In this document: one piece after another, positions 55,137 through 64,000 of the stretch
Layout: each line of letters starts with the position of its first letter
How positions within the stretch are numbered: position 1 is the first letter of the stretch
Program-made: the position numbers and the translations under genes
Notes under the pieces: model-generated
Database searches by the model: none
The model's input: the letters and a program-made list of their open reading frames with translations, nothing else
Told to the model about the DNA's origin: nothing
Assembly (NCBI GenBank): GCA_013239625.1
Contig: MU054033.1
Location: forward strand, 310,001 to 374,000
Reading direction: 5' to 3'
Origin: Lama guanicoe
Taxonomy: Eukaryota
DNA length: 64,000 nt

Positions 55137-57407
55137 TGTGTTTCTCGGGCTGGGTACTTGGTGAGTGCTCAGTAACCAGCTCTTGGAACAAGAGTAATGC
55201 TCAGCTGAGGTGGAGGAGGCCCGGACCTAGGCTTCCTGACACTGGCAACGAGACCACGAACTTGACTGTCAGGTGTTCACCCTTAAGACGATAACGCTTT
55301 TACAGCCCTGCATTTCGTTTTCAGGTTTATTTCATTCATTTAGTTACTGAATAGCTAATACATTGCTGTAGTGCAGAGTCACAGTGGGAAGTCCCTCTCC
55401 TGCCCCCAGCTACCCCTCCTCCAGGTAATGACCACTGGTGGCTTGTGCAGCCTCGGTTTTTAATGCGTATATACGTAAACATACCCGTATGTTCTTATAT
55501 TTACCCCAGTTTTTGAACAGAAGGAGTAAACTCTACGAATTCTTTTCTGCTTTACTTTGTTCGTATAATCGTGTATCTTGGGGATCTTTGCTTGTCAGTG
55601 GATGGGAACTTGTTTGCTGGAGCGCTTCCTAGCGGTGGCCCTGCGACTGAGTGAGGGCAGGAGTTACAAGGGGGCAGATGTCACCACAGTGTCCCCCATG
55701 GGACCCTGGAGTGATGTTTGGGAGGAGGGGACAGATGGAGACTGACCGACACGCTTGGCTCAGCTCTTCATGCGTGTCTTTTTTTAAAGACAGAGCAAGT
55801 TAAACATTTTTAACTCATTAGTATTGCTTTTTTTCCCATGAATTTGTCCTGTTTATTCTCTTTCCCAGTCTGACATGCTGAGGTTTTAGTGAAAAGTGTT
55901 GCCCAGACACGGAGCCGTAGACTCAAAACCATCCTTTGTGTGTTGAAAGGCCTGGGAGGCACATGCACGCACCCAGGGGAGGGATGGGGGCAAGTGACCA
56001 TGTCTTTGGAATTGCAGAAGGCAACTGCTACAGCCCCACCCACTTCCCCAGGATGGCAACTTCCACACACACACACCCCTGCCCAGGACAGTAACAGCAG
56101 CCGCCTACCCTAGAGCCCAAGGCCACCTGGACCTGCCCGTGAACGTGGGTAGGGAAAGGCACATGTTCATTCACTAACCTCCAACTGAAGTGTAGCATTT
56201 CCTCTTATTATAAATGTAGGGAGAACACCCAAAGACATGTTCTGCGCCCTCACGGCTGCTCGCCGGTAAAAATCGATAATTTTCACATCACGTTGCAGCT
56301 GTGGCCGATGCCACACATACTGCTCCAAGATGACACCCACCAAAATCTGCAAAATCTCGCTGCCGAGTTACTAGAGAAGCACATGCATCACAATTGGGGC
56401 GTCTTTTAAAAGATACTTTGATTTAATTGCAATATAGATGTTTTCCTTGTAATTTGAAGGTTTTATTTTCTGTGTTGAAACCCTACGTTCTGAGAAGGGA
56501 CCAGGGAGTCTGTCCATCTGTGGGAAGATGAGTAGCCGTCTTTCTGGCTGCTCTGAGATCACCTACCGTGGGCCCAGTGCCCTGCTCCTCCCAGGAGGTG
56601 GTCCTTTTCCTCATGCGGGGAGGGCGAGGAAGGGATGCTGCCTGCAGACTCGGCCCCAGAGCGGTGCCCCTGGTTGCACTCACTCACCGCCGCCCCCTTT
56701 CCCACCCGCATCGCGGCTCCTCTGTCTGCCTTGGTCCAGGTGAGGTGGAGTGGCGGGTGAAGGATGCCGCGGAACCACCTGCCTCCCTATTTTCTTCTGT
56801 TTCCAAAGTGCACATCAAGAAGACACAGCCACACAGAGAAGCAGGAGCAATGTCTCCCTAGTCCAGTAGAAGTGCAAACTGAGTCTAGGTTTTTTTCCAG
56901 AGAAAATATCAATATTGTTGCAATTTCAAGTCTGCAGGTGCTCACAGCCTCCTGCAATATCACTGATGTTGTCTCTGTGCCCCAGTGTCCCTGGAGGGGG
57001 CGGAGGGGACTTGGGTTTCTGGGATCTCCATCTGCTTCACCAGGGAGAGCAACACATTTTCCTCTCTTTTTCTTTCAGGTACATATTCTTCAAGTTTTAA
57101 TTACTATCCAACAAGGGTAAATTTCTAGTTACTTAAAATAGCTTTGTGAGTTCGGATTTCCTTAGCATAAGATAAACGTCACATTTCTTCCCTACAAAAT
57201 ACAGTTTACCACGTTCCATTTAGGAGGGACAGTGATCTGGCAAGAGCTGTGTTGATTTTGTAGGTCTTATAAATATGCAGTCATCGCACAGGCTGTATTC
57301 TCTTACTAAATTTTATTAACTTGATTATACCTCGGGGGCGTGTTTTGCTAAAATAACCTAGCATAAAAACCTGACATTTGCATGCTTATTAGGAAAGCTG
57401 TGCTTTA

Positions 57408-57542
57408 AAAAAATTTTTTTTGAGGGGTAATTAGGTTTTTAAATTTTACTTATTAACTTTTTTAGAGAAGGTACTGGGAATTGAACCCAGGACCTCGTGG
57501 ATGTTAAGCATGCGCCCTACCACTTGAGCTGTACCCTTCCCC
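57408..57542 (-). mobile_element. vic-1-like SINE
   Basis: Reverse complement of the same head and tail. TSD GCTGTGCTTT at 57397-57406 and 57549-57558. Confidence 0.9.
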
Positions 57543-58383
57543 GGTAGTGCTGTGCTTTTACGAGACTGCAGTTAACACAGTTATGTAGAAGAGCACTGAT
57601 GGATTTAACTGCGGGTGAAACGCTCTGTTCTAAATGCAAACGTGCAATATTATCGATGGGCCGCAGAAATCACTCCGAGATACTCTCCAAACTGATCCCA
57701 GGCGAGATCATTAGGTGAACGTGTCGACAAGTGCCTGCTGTGCGCCTGTTGCAGGGATCACGCAGAGAACCAGGCGGACGGGCCAGCAGCAAAGCACACC
57801 CTTCTGATGTCTGCGATGCTCAGTTCTCCGAAGGAAATGCGGCAAGGGGAGGGGACGTTCCTCCGCAGGGGTGGATGGTTTAAGTGATCCTGTCCTTACT
57901 CGCCAAATGTGCCTTTAAAAAATACGGTGACCGAGGATCATCTAAAAAGGTTTGTCTTCAAAGTTTCTTTCCTTGTAGCTGGCGATGGCTTTTTCACCCT
58001 CCGTAACTGAAAACAAAAGCATGCAGGTGTAGCAACATAGGCGGTCCGCTTATGCAAAAGAGAACGACAGAAAACAAGCAGTCCACTCTCACTACTGAAA
58101 AACTGCATCGCTGTAAACAGTGTGGGTTTCCCATGCTTGAGGTAGGATCGCAGGATCGTGGAGAGTGGGAGAAAGAGCCTGGTTAGTGAGTCATTTGATT
58201 TTTATGGGGACGAGAAGCCCACGTTCCCCGCACGTGACTAGCAGCACAGGGATGTTCTGTCCTTCGAGCAAAGTCATCAGCCCCGCAAGGGCAGCTGAGC
58301 TGTAAGCCGGTTCCAGCCTGGGGATGCCCTCAGCCTCTCAGTCCTTGGGCCCCCAAACAGGAGTGATGCAACTCTGACAAATG

Positions 58384-58397
58384 CCACTAGAGGTCGC
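58384..58397 (+). promoter_or_regulatory. CTCF motif, 1 mismatch, with upstream-motif-like TGCAACT
   Basis: CCACTAGAGGTCGC, with tgcaactct 6 nt before the flanking tg. Confidence 0.55.
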
Positions 58398-58529
58398 TAG
58401 AAAATGATTCCAATGAATAAATCCATTGAGATCCTTATAAAGCTCTCTTTCCCTAAACATAGTATTAGTTCACAGTCAGAAAAAAAGGGCAGGACAGCTG
58501 TTTGGCGCACCAATTTGGGGGGTGGGGCA

Positions 58530-58565
58530 TAAATCTAAATCTAAATCTAAATCTAAATCTAAATC
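58530..58565. repeat. (TAAATC)6 hexamer repeat
   Basis: Six perfect units. Confidence 0.95.
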
Positions 58566-60519
58566 AGTGGAGAAAAGTGTGTCCCAGGGGCTCTCAGCCC
58601 TACCTGCAAAGGCGGGAGATCACAGGAGGCGAAGTCCCGGGGCAGGGACTTACTCACTGCCGCGTCCCCGGCTAGCGTAGGCGGGGGCTGGGTGACTTCT
58701 AGGCTTTCCTGGGCACGGTCTTTAAATTTGGAGCCAGGAAAGAATCGCTGGAGGCAGTGGGGTGAAGATGCGGCCATCCCCCCCTACCCACCCCGCATGC
58801 CCAGCACGGCCCTCACGGTGTTGCAAGACTTCTCTTCCCATCGAGCGTCAGGACAGACCGCGGTGAGGACCCCGGAGCATTTCTCTCATTTCTAACCTTT
58901 ACTAAGAAGTCTCTTAAGGACGTGTTCCTGCAAACAAGGGGAGGAAATCAAGAGAAAAGGCCATGGGGGATCGAGGAAAGCAACAAGAAGTCCTCCTGAA
59001 ATTCCTTTCCCAGATTTCCTAATTCAAAGTGGCTGCCGTCTTTCTCCCCTCCCCCTCCCCATCTGCTTTGAGTCTCCAAGATAGAACATACCACATATGC
59101 GCATGCGCACAGACACACACTCACGCACGTGCATGTGCATCTCCGTTCACCGCTGGGAATGAAGTTCTTTGCTCAGGGACTGATTTCCTTTCTAAAAATC
59201 TTCAGGGCAAATTTCTAGTGAGATGGCCCACCTCTAGACTGTTCTAGTGCTAAGCAGTTTCTAAAGGCACTCACCACGTTGCAGCGAACAGCCCCCTGCA
59301 CGAAGCTGTGACGGCAGGATCTGTGCGCCCTCCGCCTTTTTCGCTGAGTCCACGTTTACTGGCCGCTGCAGTCTGGTCTGTCCGGATACCCCGCTGCTTT
59401 CCTCTGCCCCATATACGGATGGTCTTCTCACAGTATCTATGCCTGTGGATGGACCGGGGGAGAGGGGAACAAAGTTTAACGTTTCACCAGAAACCCCTCC
59501 CCTTCGGGGCTTGAAGCCCTGCGGAGTAATGACGCTGTCACTCCCAAGGCTCTGAGGTCTTGTCCCTGAAGCATGAATTCAAATACATGTGCCTTGTTAA
59601 AACAAACCTAGGACAAACTCCGTGAAAGTACTGAGATTTTTCAAGGTGATCTCCCCAAGGGAAAAAAGCCCTCTATTTTCGTCTTCATTTTGATTAAAAA
59701 GCGGGATGCTAGGATTGATATGGGAGGCGCAGGGCGCAGGGCGCATGCTGGCATTCCTTCAGGAGTTAACCCCTCAGTGACTTATGTCCCAGAAAGGCAG
59801 GTGGTCATCCAAACACAGCCTGGAGTGTCCCCGGTGCTGCTGGGGCAGAGATCCTTGGCCTACTCAGCCCCACCCCCAGGAAGAGGAAGAGATTTGCCTG
59901 AGGTCCAAAAGGTTCCTTAAGAACACAAAAGAAAAGAAGACTAGGGTGACTGAAGGTTGCAGACAGTGGCATTTAAGGGCAAGAGAACTCAGAGATAATG
60001 AGGAGGCTTCCGTGAAAAAGTCAGGGAAGCCATGGATATTTACACACCAAGCATGGCCAATAAAGACACAAAGTGACAGCAGCCATTGCAGAGGCACTCA
60101 GTCCATCCTTTAGCGACTGAAGTGCCAGCTTCCCACACCCCCGTTTCCACGTTTTAGGGAACAATTGTTGGCTGTCTCCCCAGCACCCATTCCCCACCTC
60201 TCCTTCCCACTATCCGGAGTTTCAGTTTGGAATCCATGTGGTAGAGACACTGGCTCCCCCCTTGGCCTCAGGAGTCACGGTGGAATCAGCTCGGGGACAG
60301 GCAGGTACCTTAAACTAGACCAGCCAGCTTAGGGGCTTGCCAGAAATGCTGGGACACCCTCCCTCACCGCCTCTCCACTGAGTACGCTCAACAAAAACAT
60401 GGAGCCCCGGGAGCGGCTGGCCAGAATTTTGAGATCACAATAAAAGCCGTTTCAGTCTGAATCAACAGCGTGAAGACAGAGTTGAAAGACGCAAAGAAGG
60501 AGATTCTTGGTGGCATTAT

Positions 60520-61148
60520 AGATGCAGGAAAACGGATGTGGGGCACGAGGAGAGCCATGTCCCAGGTCTCGGTGGAGCCCCTGGGACGTGCCCCGCCAAG
60601 TGTGGGTCCTTGGCATCGGGCAGGAAAGAATTAAGATGCGAGCCACCGTTGAGTCAAGGTAGATTTATTTAGATACACACTGCATAGAGTGTACGGCAAG
60701 AGAAAGGCCAGGAGAGAGGTGTGGGGGTTGGGGGCTCAGGTTAAAGTAAAAGCAGGTGCACACGCCATCGACAGTGCGGGCCGTCTCCAAAGGGGAGGAA
60801 GCAGAAAGGGCCACTAGGCGTGGTGTTGCCATGTTTTATGGGCTCAGTAGCTTCGCACGCCTACAGGTGGGACCATTCCAACTGCCCTGGGAAGGGGCTG
60901 AGATTCCCAGGAGCTGGGCCCCCGCCCATTCTTTGGCCTTTTGCGGTCAGCCTGGGGGCTGTCATGGCGCCTGCGGGCATGTTATTCATCACGCTGTTAC
61001 AGTGAGCATATGATGAAGCTCAAGGTCTACTAGAAGTCAAGCCTCTTAATCCTCAAGGCCAGCTGGGAATGGAATCTTCCACCATTTTGGTGTTAAATTG
61101 CTGTCATTCCTTGAGTGGCTGTGCCCTGCCCCCTTCCCTCCTGTCTCA
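60520..61148 (-). mobile_element. ERV1-type solo LTR (left boundary approximate)
   Basis: Ends in ..ccttccctcctgtctca (TGAGACAGG on the minus strand), with minus-strand AATAAA at about 60664 and U5-like gcaggaaagaatt..gcgagcc. Confidence 0.7.
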
Positions 61149-61554
61149 CTTCCAGCTCACCGCTGCACCCCAGCTTCCAGCGAGGGCCTGACACATGGCA
61201 CGCTTGACACATAAGTGTTAAATGAGTAGGCAAATGAACAAATACGTCATCATATTGCTCTTACTGTCACCCCATTCCCTGTCCCAGGCTCCGCGGTAAG
61301 CGTCTTGTCTACGGCATCTCCCTGAATCATTAAAACAGCCCCGCCCAGTAAGGGGGACCCTTCTCACTTCACAAGTGGGGAAGCTGAGGTTCTGAGTTTA
61401 GTGATGGCCCGAAATCGGACAGAGACTGGGCGGCCGTGCTGGGGGAGGACCTTCCGTACTGAAACCATATTTAAATACACACACAAATCTATATAACTCT
61501 ATCTATGTATCTATCTAAATTTTTAGTAAAAAGACCGAAATTCTCTTTTGTCGA

Positions 61555-62010
61555 CACCGATCGCTTCCCTCCACCGGGGCGTCAGGGTTTGACGCTTAGC
61601 CCGACCTGGGGTCCCTTTGCCTTTCCCGCGGCTCCGGCCACCTGCGCCTGCCCCCGCGGCCTGTAGAGGGCGCCTGAGCTCCCGTCGGCGGCCGGGCTCT
61701 CCGCGGCTCCTTGTCTGCATTCACCCCTGGCAGCCTGGGCTCTTCGGGGGGAGCTCGAGTTCCCACGGTTAATACAGATGGGTGGTCCCATCACGGCCGA
61801 TTCCTCGTCTGTGAATTATTTAGTGTGACGACAGGGGCTTGCGCTGGCTTATTTTCTAACAGCGATTGAGAAACCTCGGTGCCAACCACCAGGAGGCTGC
61901 TTACCACTCTGCCGTCTTCCCGCCGGGGGAAGGGAACCGGGGCGCTTCGCACGCGCGGTGGCTTCGCGGCGTTCCGCGCCCCGCTGATCGCAGGCACCCT
62001 TAGGAGGGAG
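61555..62010. promoter_or_regulatory. Intergenic (orphan) CpG island
   Basis: About 40 CpG in 61561-61980 by manual count, high GC, no recognisable coding exon or repeat. Confidence 0.75.
61660..61673 (+). promoter_or_regulatory. CTCF motif, 1 mismatch, inside the CpG island
   Basis: CCTGTAGAGGGCGC. Confidence 0.55.
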
Positions 62011-63018
62011 GTGCCGTGCCCACGCCTCTCGCAAAGGAGAGGAAACAGATTCAGAGAGAAAAAAGAGAAAGGGGAGGACTGGGAGCCCTAGCCTGCCCCT
62101 GCCCCCACCCCCAGCCCGTGCAAGCCCTGGAAGGAGGGAAGGGGCGAAGACCTCGTTGGAGGACGTTCACCGTTGCTCTTATTTCCTTTATGTGGTCGCC
62201 AGGAGCGAACCACCGAGCAGCCTAGCGGAGCTCACAGCTCGCTTTGGACGGTGCAGTCTGAGGAGCCGTGTGGCCCCATGGCCCCGACGTCCACCCCTTT
62301 GGCCAGGGCTCCTCCTGCTGTGGGAGGAAGAGGGTGGGGAGTGGAGGGGGACACCCGGGAGCTGGGGGCTGGGGTTTTGGGGGGACCATGTGGTGCGTTA
62401 GATGGGCATGGGGGGGGCGGTGAGGGAGGGTGTCCCAGACATTCCTGCCCTTGTACGTAATTTCTATGTCATTTTAAAGAACGAACCCTAGAGAATATTG
62501 GATGAACTGGGATCCAACTTAAGCCGACAGGATTTGAAGTGTAAGTTTCCGTAGTTTGCACCAAGGCCAGGCTAAACAGCTCTGAACTCTGCCTCTCCCA
62601 TGGCGAGGGGCTAGTGGGAGGAAAAGCCATAGACGGACCTTCCCTATAAAGTTGAAGAGGGAGCAGGGGCCCTTCCTAATTCACCCACCAACTCAGGAAG
62701 CTGTTTAGGCTGCCGGGAAGGCCACAGCCAGCCGCGCCCTCGTGCAGCCTCTGCAACCGCATCAGTCAGCTCTAGGACATTTACAGGCCTACCAGGAGAT
62801 GGAGCCTCTTCTGCATTAAACCCACGTGCTTGCCAGCGCGAACAGAAGTCATCGTAAGATGATGAGACAAACACTGCGCATTGAACGACACTAATTTTGG
62901 TTGTAATAAAACCACAAGTGGTTGTTTGCATTGGGGCATAAGACCTGTGTGATTAACCTGTTAGGTGTGAAATGAAAGGCCTCTGACCATGAAGGCTTCA
63001 CCAAGTATCTGGGCCTGA

Positions 63019-63330
63019 GTTATGTACAAACCAGAAATAGACTCGCAGACGTAGAAAACAAAATACGGTTACCAAAGGGGAAAGGGGGGAGGGGAGAGGG
63101 GTAAATTAGGAGTTTGGGATTAACAGATACACACTACTGTAGATAAAATAAGTAAACAACAAGGTCCTACTGTATAGCACAGGGAACTATATTCAATATC
63201 TTATAATAACCTCTAATGGAAAGGAATCTGAAAAAGAATATGTGTATGTGTATGTATAACGGAATCACTTTGCTGTATCCCTGAAACTAACACAACATTT
63301 GTAAATCACCGATGCTTCAAAAAAATAAAA
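63019..63330 (+). mobile_element. 5'-truncated L1 3' UTR
   Basis: ggttaccaaaggggaaagg...aggagtttgggattaacagatac...atagcacagggaactat, then an A tail. TSD tatctggg(c/t)ctga at 63006 and 63333. Confidence 0.92.
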
Positions 63331-63944
63331 AATATCTGGGTCTGATATGTTGCCCAAAGATTTTTAATCACTGTCACATGAGGCCGTGGTTAGTTACTAA
63401 ACTTAGTTACTAAGGAGTCCAAGTGATAGTGTTGAGTTAGCTTTAAACCCATCGTCAGCGGACTTAACCCAGAGCACTTTTAAAGCCTTCAGCTCTGACC
63501 ACTGATGGACTTCTGACCACGTCTTTTCCAGAACTGCGGCTTAGCACTCCTCCCTCAGGGAGACGACCCAGATGGTTCTGTCTCAGAAATGCTTGATGGG
63601 GTACCAACAGCCATGCCTTTATCTACCATGTTGAAAGGGAAAGTAAAGACGGCGTCATCCACATTTAGCTCATATTTAGCAAGGGTCCTGTCGATACGGA
63701 TGGATTAAAATCCGATACAAGCTTAATTATGTGGCCCAAAGGCTAAACAGACCTCATTTCCTTCTGTTCCTTTACCTCAAGAGATCTTCCCTACATGCTT
63801 ATTAGGGTATCAGAGGAAACACCTTCTTAAAGCTCATGAGTGGGGCAGTGGAAATGCAGTGAATACTTAAAAGCCTTTCTTCCATCGCTTTTCTGGGAGC
63901 ATACAGAGACCTACAGAGAGAGAACTACTTTATTACACGTCAAA

Positions 63945-64000
63945 TATTTTTTATGTGTATCTATTTTATTATTTGTTTTTATTTGGGAGGAGGAGGTAAT
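63945..64000 (-). mobile_element. Probable tail of another vic-1-like SINE, cut by the window end
   Basis: T-rich run followed by gggaggaggaggtaat, the reverse complement of the attacctccc tail motif seen in the other copies. Confidence 0.5.

Noticed and set aside
58530..58565. (TAAATC)6 and (TAATG)6 as CRISPR-like or telomeric arrays; ccctaaaccc at about 16266
   Set aside because: No spacers, not TTAGGG, and mammalian context. Ordinary microsatellites.
62644..62931. 95-aa minus-strand ORF as a processed pseudogene
   Set aside because: No recognisable protein similarity, poly(A) tail or TSD.

Overview
Mammalian genomic DNA, not prokaryotic. It is most likely a camelid, judged from tRNA-derived SINEs that resemble the camelid vic-1 family. 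The window holds the 3' part of ROR2 (Wnt5a receptor, receptor tyrosine pseudokinase) on the + strand: the end of intron 1, coding exons 2-9 (9522-51438) and the 3' UTR, followed by about 11 kb of intergenic DNA. All eight exons have GT-AG boundaries and splice into one open frame (Ig, Frizzled-like CRD, kringle, TM, pseudokinase, Ser/Thr- and Pro-rich tail). Exon 1 lies upstream of the window. The rest is mostly interspersed repeats (lineage-specific L1 3' ends with TSDs, vic-1-like SINEs, MLT1 and ERV1-type LTRs, MER82, MER3, old L1M/L2), simple repeats and candidate regulatory sites. Nearly all other ORFs in the track are chance ORFs in GC-rich DNA. I cannot show a new biological system here. 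The best leads are: (i) weak splice signals around TM exon 8 with two sequence-encoded alternative outputs; (ii) an exact 22-bp templated insertion copied across 1.55 kb; (iii) divergent CTCF motifs plus an orphan CpG island at the gene's 3' end; (iv) unusual retrotransposition products. Repeat family names come from recalled consensus similarity, and repeat boundaries without TSDs are approximate.
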